Of a stretch of 64,000 nucleotides of DNA, positions 27,631 through 41,506 are shown piece by piece. The stretch is from NCBI GenBank assembly GCA_951406725.2, contig OX597815.1, positions 52,824,001 through 52,888,000 of the forward strand. The letters are read 5' to 3'. The notes beneath the pieces are model-generated. The model was given only the letters and a program-made list of their open reading frames with translations. It was not told the origin of the DNA and did not search any database. Numbering within the stretch: position 1 is the stretch's first letter; every line of letters begins with the position of its first letter. A program made the translations under genes and the position numbers. The DNA comes from Octopus vulgaris (lineage: Eukaryota).

Positions 27631-27888
27631 TCTATAAATGTATGTATGCATTATGTATGTATGTATGTATGTATGTATGTATGTATGTATGTATGTATGT
27701 ATGTATGTATGGGTATATGAAGTAATGGCTACTATGTTGAGTGATAGTTTTATTAATATCTTAAAATCAGAATAGCAAAATTGTCATCTCAGATTTTAAC
27801 GATTTCATAAAGTGTAATATTTCATCTAAGTACTTTTCCCTGGTTTGTAAAGACAAAAATGTATAATATACGTATGTATCTATATATG

Positions 27889-27920
<32 letters not shown>

Positions 27921-28010
27921 TGTATGTATGTATGTATGTATGTATGTATGTATGTATGTATGTATGTATGTATATGTATGTATGTATGTATATGTATGTA
28001 TGTATGTATG

Positions 28011-28066
<56 letters not shown>

Positions 28067-28281
28067 CTCACACACTAAATTATATTCGATTAAAACATTT
28101 CAACTTAATTAATGGTGCCAGGCTCGTAAATATGGTTACCCAGTTTCAATAGAATGTAAAGCACAGTTTAAAATCTTTTCAACATTGAGAAAATTGATTT
28201 CTCCTCCTAATCCAACCCAAATTTTGCATGTAATTCACTTCTACTGCGAATATCACAAAACATGATATTCGCAAGGAAGAG

Positions 28282-28448
28282 GACGGTCGTTTACATCGAC
28301 TCCAGTGGTCGACTGGTCCTTTTTTCATCGATATCGAAAGGAAAAAAGGGGAAGTAGGCTTCGGCGGAATTTAAAGCGTAACGACACGCGAAATGCTGTA
28401 AGCATCTTTGTGTCCGGCTTCCTAACGATTCAGCCAGCTCGCCACCTT
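28282..28448 (-). mobile_element. SINE family A, degenerate
   Basis: Reverse complement starts AAGGTGGCGAGCTGGCTGAATCGTTAG. Confidence 0.75.
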
Positions 28449-28749
28449 AATATTTTAATTTTTATATAAAAACGATGCAAGTAGTTATAATTAGTTTTCG
28501 CAAACATTATTACTATTATTTGCATATAAAATAAATTATGATACCGCAGTTATTTCCGTGAATTTGCAAACGGAATACATTGTAGCCTATTTAGAATAAA
28601 TTTGGACAAATGCGTTTATGAAGACCATTTATTACAGTTAAAGACCACATAACGTTGTGTGTAGATTAATAAATTCAACGAAACGGGTGGTGGGTACAAT
28701 GGCTAAAGTATATCTTTTTACACATTGTTATTATTAGTATCAGAGAAAG

Positions 28750-28960
28750 GCGGCGAACTGGCAAAATTGTTAACACGACGACCAAAATGCTTAGCAGCAT
28801 TTCGTCCGTCTGTATTTTCTGAATTGAAATTCCGCTTCACATTGTTTTTCATTCTTACAGGGTCTATAAAATAAGTGCCAGTTGAATACTGGGTCAATTT
28901 AATCGACTTACACCCTTCCCCGAAATTGTTGGCTGTGTGCCAAAATATGAACCCATGATT
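28750..28960 (+). mobile_element. SINE family A
   Basis: GGCGGCGAACTGGCAAAATTGTTAAC..GGGTCTATAAAATAAGTGCCAG..GTGCCAAAATATGAACC. Confidence 0.8.
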
Positions 28961-30207
28961 AGAATTAATCAAACAACTGATTTATCTTGCTGATATCTAA
29001 GAATCTTTATGAATTTACACAGTTTCATCTCATTGAATATACATTTCGATAATTAAATCTTTGATACAAAAAGTAATACTTTTTATCAATAACTCTATTT
29101 TATCAGAGATACCCGTATCGAAATAATTATACCTGCAAGTAGTTCGTTGTTTTATTTCAGTAATGAATAAAGGGAAATGATGTAACATTTTCATGAAGCG
29201 CAATGTAGTTTAATTCTGTATAAATGTGTAAGTTTATTAGCATTTTTATTTTCCCTTTGTTATATAAAGACTTGTATAATTTAAAGTGTAGCTTATATCA
29301 AACTGACAGTCTTATTATTACACGTAATATGAAGTCCCGACAGTTTGATAGTTTCAGGAAAAATCCATTTAAAAATTTACTCCTAACGATTTAATGTCGA
29401 TACACCAGCATTAAATTTATATACTTGATAATTAGTACCCATTTAGGAAGCGAAATGAAAAGTAAAATTTATAAATATTGTATCAACACAAGCGGCTGCC
29501 ATTATAAATTATTTAGTGAAAAATATTATACGCTTTTCCAGTATTTTCCTCATATTTCTTCTTTCAATGAAGCGACACCATATTATTAGGAAGCGTCAAA
29601 GCGCAGTCATTTTAAGGATAATATAATTTCATTAATAATCATAAATGATGATGATGATGATGATGATGATGATATTGATGGCGGTGGTAGTAATAGTGAT
29701 GATAATGATGATGGTAACTGAAATTCTCAGACATAGAAAATAGAAAACGTAAAATTATTTTGGTTAATGCTTCGCTTAGTCTGAAGGAGAGAAGTATACC
29801 CAAACATTTCTTGAATTTATTGGATAAATACTTTAAACGATTCTTAACGCGTAAGCGATTCTGTCATCAACTGACTGTGTGTGGGTGCGCGCGCGTGTGT
29901 GTGTAGATTATATATATGTATACACACGCGCGCGAATACATATTTAGCAGAAATGACGTTATGGCTTATATACAGAAATATAGAAGAGCGATAAATTTAT
30001 TAAGATATTCTCTGGTGGTAAATCTACAACATATATTTACAGACAAGAAATCATTACAAAGAGAAATTAATCTCTACATACATACACATACATACCTACC
30101 TACCTACACATACATACATACATACATACATACATACATACATACATACATACATACACACACACATATATATATGTGTGTGTGTGTGTGTGTGTATGTG
30201 TGTGTCC

Positions 30208-30520
30208 GAGGGCGTATGGCGTAATGGTTAAAGTATTCAGCTCACGACCGTAAGGTCATGAGTTCAATTCCCCGCGACTCGTTGTATCCTTAACCAGGAC
30301 AATGTATTTCACGTTACTCCAGTCCACTCAGCCGGCAAAGATTTGTAGTACCTGTATTTCAAAAGGCCTGCCACGTCACATTGTGTCATGCTTTAATTAC
30401 TTGAGAACTACGTTTACTGTACACTTGTCTGTGGAGTGCTCAGGCACTTGCAAGTTAATTTCACGAGCAAGCTGTTCCGTTGATCGGATCAACTGGAACC
30501 CTCGTTTTTGTAACCGATGG
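30208..30520 (+). mobile_element. tRNA-derived SINE (family C)
   Basis: A box TGGCGTAATGG, B box GAGTTCAATTCC. 3' half shared with 60532-60890. Confidence 0.8.
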
Positions 30521-30523
30521 ATA

Positions 30524-30565
<42 letters not shown>

Positions 30566-30586
30566 TCAATAAATGGTGGGGTTGTG

Positions 30587-30657
<71 letters not shown>

Positions 30658-30680
30658 TACATATATACATATATATATAT

Positions 30681-30895
30681 ATTCTTTTATTCTTTCGCTT
30701 ATTTCAGTTACTTAACTGCGGCGATACTAGAACACCACCTTTAGGTGTTTTAGTCGAACAATTCGACCGCGGGTCTTATTCTTTGTAAGTCTAGTACTTA
30801 TTCTATCAGATTCTTTTGCCGAACAGCTAAGTTAAAGCGACGTAAATACATCATTATCGGTTGTCAAGTGATGGTAATGGGAACAAACACAGACG
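30681..30895 (-). mobile_element. SINE family B, 3' half
   Basis: Matches the 3' half of 24395-24807; tail AAAGAATAAAAGAAT. Confidence 0.75.
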
Positions 30896-30926
30896 CAGGC
30901 ACAAATATATATACCATGCAGTCATG

Positions 30927-30984
<58 letters not shown>

Positions 30985-31892
30985 AATTTATAAACTTTCG
31001 AAATTATGAAATAATTCTTTTGGGAAAACTGGCACTTAAGGATGACACTATCAGAGGAGATGACATCTTGGGCAATTTAGATAAAAGACGAACCTAATCC
31101 ATTAATATAACTGGGGTAACAATGTCATTTAACGTTAAGATAATTTTTGATGTAGTTCTTAAGATATTTTCTTCGAATTCTGCAGTTACCTTATGAAAAT
31201 TTTCACTTCAGTCATATAAACCTATGTTAATGCAAATACGTTTAGACCGTACATATGATATAGTAAATGTAAAGGTGTATTTTGATTTTGTTTGCCTTTA
31301 AATCATGATTATTCCCATGCCATTCAGTATTACATGGAATTACCATTTAGAAACAACGTTAGTCCAAAATCTTCAGTAAGGAATCTGCGTTGCCATGAAT
31401 TATTGTACTGGGTAAAACCAACTTTACTATCATTGCCGATCAACAAATTCTTTGCATTTACTATAATTATTGTTAAACCAACATTGTTACAACACAGACC
31501 CTCATCAGCATCCTCGAGCCTCACATTTTACCCATACAAATGCATGAGTTTCCTCTAATTGATTATTTTTATTACCAAAAATATAAATATCTATCTTGAG
31601 TTGTTCTAAAATTACAAAACAAAGCAAAGCCGTAGGGACGAATAAAAATCGATTATCCAACTTCTCCAAATTCAATAAGTGATTAGTATGAAAGTTAAAC
31701 TAAGCAGAACGTAGTAAAATTTTTGTGTTCGACTGAAGTTTTTGCAGTTTAAATAACCTCAAAAGCGTCTTGTCTGTTAGAATCCGTCTTTTGTTCTGTG
31801 GAATGAAGCTTGACGAAATAAGGACATTTTATATGTGTGTATATATATATATACATCATATGTATATGTTTTTATATGCATACATATACATG

Positions 31893-31979
<87 letters not shown>

Positions 31980-32479
31980 CGGGAAGCTTTATGAAAATAA
32001 ACAAAAGTTCTCCAAACACATGCAATATATACATAAACGGTCATGATATTTAAAGTAAATGGATCTTTGTCTGTTTCGACGAAGAGCATTCCAGTTTTTC
32101 GATCAACGGAACTACCAAAACATTGAATTCTAATGTAAATTCTTGAATGTTTCACAGACAAGCTTAAAATAAGCCTCAGTCACAATCTGATACTGTTTGA
32201 CAAGAGAATTTCTTGCCTACTGGGCCATGAATGCGTTAATACACATACATACAACCATAATTATAGAAAAAGGACACACATTACACAGACATACGCGCAA
32301 ACAGACATATTCTTAAACACTGCTTCCAACACATTTGCACACACATACATGTGCGCACGCACGCACACACAAACATTCTTGCATTGAAACGTAAATAATC
32401 CTATTTGATAAAAAATAGTTCTGAATATTTGTCTGAAATGAAACAAATCTTTTAGAAATACTTTCTATCATCCGATCTA

Positions 32480-32539
<60 letters not shown>

Positions 32540-33914
32540 TGTGTGTGTGTGTGTGTATAAACGTAATTGTTTTGTACTATGGATATGTTGAAAAATATGG
32601 GGTTGGGACTCCTGATGGTCCAGTTTCGCAGTGTATTGACTGGTTACTAGAGGAAACACTAGATTTCCTTCCACACCCAAAAGCATAGATTTTTCGCATG
32701 CTATATATAGCTAAGTAACAAATATATAATGGATAGCTTCAATTAAATATTTTTTTCTTTTGATGGCTTGTCATTAACTGAACAATGTACATTTTATGGA
32801 CAACTCAGCATTAATCACAAGAACTGAAATATATTTACATATTTAAAAACCTTAGTCGTGATAAGCAATTATAAAGATGTAAGCTCAGTCTTTCTCTGCA
32901 GTGGAAAGGGAAAATTCCAGACGGATCTGATTCGCAGATTGCTGATCATTCCTCAGAGAAGACGTATCTGATTTCTTTCCCCAACGGAAAACATGCAATA
33001 CTCAGCTGTTATGTATATAACAGAGAAAAAGCTGTCTATTTCCGCGGTGGATAGATTAATTAAAATACTTGTGCTTTTGACTGTTTTTTATTAGTTATTA
33101 AAGATATGTGTATTTGAATTCGGACTGCAGAGAGACGAAACAAATACAACCAAGCTCGCTAGTGTCCCATTGCCTGTTCGTTTTAAAAACACGCATACAC
33201 ACACAGATTCATACACACATACATACAAATATATATAAATATACATGTAATATATGATATGTAATATATGAATAAATAATGATGGGATACATTAGCGACA
33301 AGCTTTAGTACTCAACCGGTCTCTACCAAGAATCCCTTTTATTTAGATATACGTCCTAAACTTTAGAAAGGTCTGTTAACTCAATAAATGTATTTTATTA
33401 ACTCCACAACAAACTCGTTTTCCAAGTTTCTTCTCAGAAATGAAAAAGTATATATAACTGAATAATTATATGTTAACTGAGACGTTGTACATTTTACTTA
33501 GCATTCCTAGGGTTCGTAGACGTCAGGCTGAAATAGTTGTTCTAAATTTCTAACAAAACGTATCCACTATAAATTGACGGTGCTGGAAAAAGGTTGTGGT
33601 GATGATGCTATTTGGAATGGTTTCAGTATATATGTAGTGAAGGTCATGACAATAACAGTCATAAATTGTTGGTCGTTCTTTTGATTGAAGTGGAGTTGGT
33701 TATAAACTGCGGTGCAGTAAAACTTGAGATCCTGATAAACTGGTGAATGCCCGCATCATCAATTGTTGAATCATAGAAGGATTCACTGATGAGTTTGATA
33801 GGTTCAGTTTTGCTTTGAAGAGAGGTAAAGCTAACATTTCGAGTCTTGGCTCTTCATTTTATGGTGGGGGAAGCGAAAGAGTGTTGGTATCACTTTGTTT
33901 GCAAGCCATGAATA

Positions 33915-34073
33915 ATGGTTTCAAATCTTAGCAGAGAGCCAGCGAGTTCGGGGCAGCGGGTAAGTCGATTCAAGGCAACGTCACCCTCTGCGGAATTTGA
34001 ACTCAGAGCGTAAAGACGGGGAAAACGCCGTCAAGCATTTTCCCCGGCGTGGTGGTTCTGAGTTCGCCGCCTT
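33915..34073 (-). mobile_element. SINE family A, internally deleted
   Basis: Reverse complement: AAGGCGGCGAACTCAGAA..CTGAGTTCAAATTCCGC..TTTGAAACCAT. Confidence 0.7.
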
Positions 34074-34869
34074 ATACCAGCCATGATTATTATAGATTAT
34101 TGAGACGACTTTGACGATGGTCGTTTTTCAATTTTATTTTTATTGGAGTATTGGGAGGATGTCTTTATAGTTTTGTGCCAGTTTATCACTCTTTGAGCAT
34201 AAGTATAATCAATGACATCCTAGTCGTCACCCATCCCAACTTTTATGGAGACATAGTGTACCTTGAATGATATTGCTCAGTTTGTCTTCCTTTCGCCTCG
34301 ACACGACTTGATTTCAGGAAGATTTGATTGCTACTTACACCAAGCAGCCTCGTAGAAACTTCTTCGTCATTTCAATAATAGTGATGGTAGTGATAACGGT
34401 GAGTGTTGGCATATCTGTGGCGGTGATAAGTGACGTGGTCGTGATATGAATAAGTAGTAGTGCGGATTTCATTTCGGAAAATGTGTTGCAGAGTGAAGCG
34501 TTTTTGTTTTTTTCCTGTTTTATCGTATTAAATCGTCGTAATGATATACAGTTTGACAAGAGTGTAACTGAGAAGGAGACGGCGAAGGAGGTTGGTTTTT
34601 AAATAAAGTTCATTATTATTTGCATCAGTGAGTTTATCTAAACAACTTCCCTAATATAAGTGATTGAACATTATTTCCGGTTTAATGATGCACACTTTTA
34701 ACGTTTTATTAATTAAATGTCTTTCAAATAAGAAATTGTAATTGATCACAGTTGAACACTGACAATAGCCACATTAGTTTTAGAACGATTGTAGATGCCT
34801 GACATAAGACGGCGGTGGCGTGCAAATAAATTCTTTGGAAATGAAGTGAGTTTTAGAAGACTCATTTAA

Positions 34870-35700
34870 ATAACTTTAAACTAAGAAGTTCAAGTCACGA
34901 TGTTAGCTTTCATAACACTAAAGATTAAGTTGTACACTAAAGATAAACTTCCGGGAAAAAAAACATTTCCGCGACATTGCTTTGATTTCCAATTGTAAGC
35001 ATTTCAGTTTAACTAAGATAACGGTAATATTATTGAGAAAGGCATGGATTTCTCAGAAATTCGTTTTACTTCGTCTATAAATCCGGAATTTTTTTAACGT
35101 TAGCCAGGCGAAAAAATTATTGCTGACGTCATTTCCAGGCTTGCTGAGATTGATGATATTAATATAACGGTTGATGTTCAACTCTAAAGAGTACTTTTCA
35201 TTGTAGAATAATTAATCATTTCTTTTAAATTGACACATTTAGCTACCGGTTTCTGTGAAACGTATAGTTACAGCTTCGAATGTTGACAAAAAATTTTCTA
35301 TTTAATATTTTTTTACTCATAGGGCATACCTTATTTTTATTAGCATTCTTTCCGTGTCCACCCCGCATTTTTCGAATATTGTGTATCTAGGATTATATTA
35401 TTTAACTTTGAAGAAGATTTTACTGTCATTTCTAGCAGATCAAATAACCACTGAATTATGGGGAATATATTTGTGGTTTATTCGTGTTTTAGTCTTGATT
35501 CTTAGTGAGCAGTGTTTCACTGATATCTTTAGCAACACTTGAAGACAACAAGCTCCTTTTCATCATTTCTATAAATGTAGGACCGTCTTTCAACAAGAAA
35601 CATTTCAAAAGAAAATATGAACATTACAAATTTTAATTGCTCCAATTAATATCGTTGAAGACGACCGCAAATTTTAAATGTGAACAATCAATCTTCTGTG
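34870..35700 (+). pseudogene. Very degenerate Naiad-like RT relic
   Basis: Weak, ordered echoes of FITLK, the FD..FY region and EL.GIY, collinear with the RT at 12500-13200. Confidence 0.3.
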
Positions 35701-36310
35701 CAGTTGTACTGCTTGGAAAAACAGCTACCAAATCTCTACTGTCTTGAGAAAAGAAAAAAAGAAACGCAATGAAAAATGTGCTGAGCAACATGTCTGAAAT
35801 ATGGCCATGGATGGAATGGTTTTGTTCATAGGTCAGCTCGATCAGAGATTATATTGAGCTATACAACAACAAACCCAATTTTGCAGTTGAGAGGAATACA
35901 CATCTCGCTGAGAAAAATAAATAAACGTAACAACGAATGTTTATTACATAAATCCCGAGAAAACAATTGACGCCAAAGCAGTTAGGGAAACCAAGTCAAG
36001 GAAATAAACTCACTGTGTGAGAGATCTTAATTACTTTCAGATTTATTATTGTTATTTTTGCTTCTATTGTGGTTGTAGTTGTAGTTGTGGTGATTGTTGT
36101 TTTTATTGCTAAGATGTCTGGGATATTACCAACTGTAGGACTGGATCTTTTCATAACATCTAAACTTGTGTGCAGACAATTAAACTAGACTGTCTTTCCG
36201 CTCGACCATAAATTTCTTTTTCTGCGTATTTAAGACCAAACACGTCAAGCAACAATGAAGACAATGATTTAAACAAGTGGTCGGTCGCTAAAAAGTGCTG
36301 AAAGTCTGTC

Positions 36311-36355
<45 letters not shown>

Positions 36356-36938
36356 CAGAAACATACACACATACACACAAAACAGAAACACACACGCGCA
36401 CAAAACACACACACACACACACACAAACACACACATACTACACACAGAGCGCACGCAGGCGCTCACACATACACGCACACTCACACGAAACACATCTATA
36501 AAACACAAGCACACACATACACAGCGCGCGCTCACACGCACATTCATTTTAGAAGTTTTAGAAACTAGAAACAAATTAATAAATAAATATTCCATTCTCT
36601 TAATTAACTATTAGCTTGGTTGGACTAAACTGAGTAGATACAGGGAAAAGGATTTTCACAAGATGGCTCGCGAATCTCGATGTGGTCATACAATCGTCTA
36701 AAAACCACAGCCAAATCGTTCTCAAATAATACGCCACTGTCTTAAAAATAGATGTGTTGAGGAATTTAGTATTTGTTGCAGTGTCTAAAATATAAGGTCG
36801 TTCTACAAGCAATGCCATTCTCCAGCTACCTGTACATTTAAGGCTTGCTGAGGGTTAATCAAAAACAAAAGTGAAGAGCGATATAAATATAAATAAAAAC
36901 TTGGGACACAAACGTATATTTTTATATATTATCTAAAA

Positions 36939-37100
36939 AAAAAAAACAGTTTAACTCAGCCCCATGCAGCATAAAGTTTCGTAGGCTCGGCATAGAACCT
37001 AGCTCCTCAGGCTCGTCGATCACCTGAGCCAGATAACCTAGGATCCTGTGCCGAGTCTGCGAAACTACGTTTTATGACACCGAAACAAACTGTTTTTTAA
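36939..37100. mobile_element. ~160 bp palindromic MITE-like element
   Basis: AAAAAACAGTTT..AAACTGTTTTTT ends; AGTTTCGTAGGCTCGGCATAG pairs with CTGTGCCGAGTCTGCGAAACT; inner CTCAGG..CCTGAG. Confidence 0.7.
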
Positions 37101-37166
37101 TTAATCGTATATGTAACACCTAGCGAACGTGTTGAACGTCACTTTCTTTCATTTGTCCACTCACAT

Positions 37167-37167
37167 G

Positions 37168-37256
<89 letters not shown>

Positions 37257-37295
37257 GTCTGTCTGTCTGTCTGTCTGTATGTATGTATGTATGTA

Positions 37296-37375
<80 letters not shown>

Positions 37376-37389
37376 CGTCCGTCCGTCCG

Positions 37390-37485
<96 letters not shown>

Positions 37486-37486
37486 G

Positions 37487-37581
<95 letters not shown>

Positions 37582-37597
37582 ATCTGTCTATCTATCT
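37167..37597. repeat. (TATC)n/(TGTC)n compound microsatellite
   Basis: Directly visible. Confidence 0.96.
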
Positions 37598-37894
37598 GGA
37601 CGGACTGTGATCAAATCGGCTCCAAGTAAGTTGGCTATTTTTGTGTGTTAAAAAGTTTTCATTGTTGACTTTCACCCTAGGTTAATATTTCAATAGGAAA
37701 TTGCCCCTCTGTGGGTAAATCTCCAAACTTTTAAAGGCTTTCTTCGGTTTTCTTAGCCATTTTCGTTTCGGAGGTGGCGAATCCAAACCATGAGGCCAGC
37801 GCTCCTCTCATGCAGTCTGGCGGTAAAAACGCTTGATGAAGAATTTCCTAGCCTCCTGCTACCAAAAGCAAATAATTCACACACACGCGCACAC

Positions 37895-37951
<57 letters not shown>

Positions 37952-38317
37952 TAAAACGAAAGAAAGCACAAATTGGGAAAGAATAAATACAGATATCAGT
38001 GTAAATGCTGCTGCTGCTGCTGTTATTGACGATGACGAGTTGAAGAGATTTGTTGTTGAGACTGACAGCTTCAACGCCTCTGTCACCACCACCGCCAATA
38101 CCACCACCACCACCACCACCACCACCATTCTGGAGGTTGCCGTGTTAGAACAGCAAAATTGGGAAATTCAATGGAGATCCTGATGCAAATTCATCAGGAC
38201 TCGATTACTAACATTCCCAATTTAATAGAGCTAACGGACGGTCACAAGCTCTATATAGTGGTAGAAGTTAGGAGACCATGCTGTTACTCTCGTGGCAGCG
38301 AAACACACCTAAGAACT

Positions 38318-38501
38318 TGACAACCGATGCTGGTGTGTTTATGTCCCCGTAACTTAGTGGTTCAGCAAAAGAGACCGATAGAATAAGTACTAGGCTTACA
38401 AAGAATATGTCCTGGGGTTGATTTGCTCGACTAAAGGCGGTGCTCCAGCATGGCTGCAGTCAAATGGCTGAAACAAGTAAAAGAATAAAAGAATAAAAGA
38501 A
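38318..38501 (+). mobile_element. SINE family B, 3' half
   Basis: GTCCCCGTAACTTAG..GATAGAATAAGTACTAGGC..GGCGGTGCTCCAGCATGGCTGCAGTC..(AAAAGAAT)3. Confidence 0.85.
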
Positions 38502-39023
38502 TATATGTAAACAAACTATTGATATTTCGAATTTTTCATTACACTCCTTTCAATAACATTATTTTGATAAAATCATCTCATGAGATAAATTCATCGAAAT
38601 ATAATTACAGGTCTTAAATATCGCCATTATGTAACAAAGAGTCAATTTCAATCAAAAATAAGATCAAAGATTAAATAAAAGAAAACAATGGATGAAATAA
38701 ATGCACGGAATCAAATAACCAATATAAGATTAAATATAAATAATAAATAGATAAATAAATTAGAAGATAAGAACACTACAATAACTCTCAAGCTGACGAC
38801 TAATAATAAATATATAGATAGGTCAGATTGAAATGATAATGTGTAGAAAGGTCAGATTGAAATGAAAAGACAGGTCCAGTTTGGCGGTATCAAATTATGA
38901 ATAAATTAAAAATATTAAAATCACATTAGTAGTAAATTCAAGATTATTAGGATCATTGCCCAGTAATTAAAGAAGATCACAAGGCATCATTCAAGGAGTG
39001 ATTATCAAGGCTTAATATACATA

Positions 39024-40313
39024 CGAGGGGCGTTCAATAAGTAATGCCCCTGACCCACTTCCCATACCAGTAGAGCAACGGAACTTGGCACAGTTATTGG
39101 TCTTTTTCTACATAGGAACCACTCAGAGTTACGCATTTCTCCCATCGTTTGATCCAGCTCTGGAGACCGTTTTTGTAAAAGACCCCAGCTTGGTCCTCCA
39201 TCCACGACGTGACTTTAGAAATCAAGGCTGCATCATCTGGGAAATGCTTTCCTTTCAAAAACAACTTCATGGCTGGGAAGAGGTGAAAATCAGAGGGTGC
39301 AAGGACAGGAGAGTAGGGGGTGGGGGAGGAGTTCATAGCCGCACGCCTGTGCTTCTGATCTGGTGACACGCGAGTTGTGGACCGGAGCGTTGTCCTGCAG
39401 GAGGAGGATGCCTTCGCTGATCTTGCCCCGCCTCTTGATTTTGATAGCTTCTCTTAATTTTCTCAAAAGTGAAGCCTAATAGGGTCCTGTAATTGTGGTA
39501 CCCTTTGCAGGAAATCTGTCATCACTACTCCGTCCTGGTCCCAGGAGACTGTGAGCATGACCTTGCCAGCAGAGGGCTGCACCCTTGCCTTCTTTGGGTG
39601 AGGTGAGTCACGGTGCTTCCACTGCATTGACTGGGCTTTGGTCTCTGGATCATAGTGATGGACCCAGGTTTCATCCTGTGTAATCAGTCTTTTGAAAAAG
39701 TTTGACTCATCTTCTTGGTACGTCTCCAAATTCATCCTCGAGCACTCGACGCGTTCTTGCTTCTGGAAAGGTGTGAGCAACCTGGGAATCCATCTGGCAG
39801 ACACCTTTTGCATATGCAAATGGTCATGAATGATAGTTTCCACTGACCCGGTACTAATCTTGACCTCATGGGCTATTTGGCGAATAGTTATGCGTCGATC
39901 TTCCAAAATGGCAGCCTCAACTTGACGGACAGATGCCTCATCAATGGCAGAAGGGGGTCGACCAGATCTGGGAGCTGTTTCCACAGAGTTCCGACCATGT
40001 TTGAATTCACGATGCCAGCGTTTTACAAGGTCATATGATGGGGCATCATCACCATAAGTTATTTTCATTTCATCAAAAGTCTCCCGTGGTGTGCGTCCTT
40101 TCAAATACAAAAATCGGATCACTGCTCGACACTCAACAGGCTCCATTTCACACTTGACTCAGTTCAAACACCTGTAAATCAGAAACCATAATTAGTTCAG
40201 AGCTGTAATTTGCCACCTAATCTATAGAGATATAAGTAATTGCACATGCAACATTTCAACTAGATCAAACACCTGGAAGTGGGTCAGAGGCATTACTTAT
40301 TTATCGTCCCTCG
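39024..40313 (-). mobile_element. Full-length mariner (DD34D) DNA transposon
   Basis: ~39 bp TIRs (CGAGGG.CG.T.AATAAGTAATGCC.CTGACCCACTTCC) and TA duplications at 39022 and 40314. Confidence 0.95.
39094..40146 (-). pseudogene. Mariner transposase (2 frameshifts, 1 stop)
   Basis: HTH, RSGRP, WIPRLL, ITQDETW, LQDNA, YSPVLAPSDFHLF; lesions near 39505, 39478 and 39320. Confidence 0.93.
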
Positions 40314-41059
40314 TAGTGACAGTCAGATTTAGAATTTACACTTTCAAACAGTCTACATACGAAGACATATATAACAACAGTAATGCACAAGTATAGGCAA
40401 AATTATGCATAAATGCTGTGCGACACATCTATACTGACATACACATTCATAATCATGCACACAGACAAGTAAATCTACGGACACATACGTAGGCAATATA
40501 ACTGACTACATACTTTCAACGAGACACATAAAGCATGATGTATTTCAATAGCCCAGTATATAAAAATATAAATAAACAATTAAGCAACGCATATATGTAG
40601 TTACATAACTCATATAACAATAACAGGTGACTCAACCTATGCAAAACTTAATCGATATGAAGACAGCTTTCCAAGCATTTAGCAAAACTATATTGACTGA
40701 ATTGCGCAGCCTACTTATGAAATATATAGGTAATGTAAAAGTATACTAAGGTCATAAAGATATGAAATACAATATATTAGTTGGTAGATGATTTACTGTC
40801 AGTATCAACAAGTAATAATGTTATTGATATGAAAAATGAAACACCGATAAAATAATACTCATAGAAGTAACAGATAACAATTCTACCATTAGTCCAAGTT
40901 AACCTTGGGCACACATGGTATATAGCAGAATTTAGGCAGACAGTTCAAGTCAGAATGCATATGCATTCATCTAAGTTTCAGGTATTGAAAAACAAAAAAC
41001 ACTTGTAAGGAATGTATATACTAACATTTACGAGGGTGGGCTGAAAGGTTCAAATACTA

Positions 41060-41235
41060 AGTTATAGCTGTAAAATTTTGATTGGTAAGGAGGGTGATGA
41101 AGGTAAAAGTGGTAGGCTGCAGAACCAGAGGCAGACCTCGGTTTGTGTGGATTGATGGAGTGAGGAAAGCTTTGGTGGTTAGAGGTGTTACAGTGAGATA
41201 GTCAAGAGAGTTAATAAATAATAGGAAAGCACACG
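41060..41235 (+). mobile_element. RTE-like LINE 3' coding fragment
   Basis: Reads RVMKVKVVGCRTRGRPRFVWIDGVRKAL. Confidence 0.6.
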
Positions 41236-41375
41236 ACCTCGAACCCACAAGTGTAAACAAGAGAGACAGAGAAAGGCAGAAACAAGGAAAATGTCACTTA
41301 TATTTGGACACTATACAAATATTCCTTTAAAAAAACTTTTCTTTTAATTTTTCTAAATTTAATTATTTAATCGTT

Positions 41376-41416
41376 ACAGTTGAAAAGGTCTCAAAATGAC
41401 CGAAACCGGTACTGAA
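41376..41416 (+). ncRNA. Degenerate minimal HHR (stem III CCGG)
   Basis: CAG-TTGAAAA (2 changes from CTGAAGA)-GGTC..GACC-GAAA-CCGG-TA^-CTG, about 50 nt before (TA)n. Confidence 0.6.
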
Positions 41417-41460
41417 ATGTTCTTTATAAAATTATTTTAGCATTTTCTATCTTGACTTGT

Positions 41461-41506
<46 letters not shown>

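Noticed and set aside
32902-33054. Possible host exon after TTTCTCTGCAG (50 open codons, WKGKIPDG..)
   Set aside because: No recognisable homology, no strong donor and no partner exons. Needs RNA-seq.
37753-37830. HHR-like CTGCATGA..GAAA on the minus strand
   Set aside because: The core has an insertion and there is no NUH cleavage triplet or convincing stem I/III.
37833-38183. 116 aa ORF with poly-A/poly-T runs as a host exon
   Set aside because: Built from (CA)n, (GCT)n and (ACC)n repeats, with no family similarity or clear splice context.
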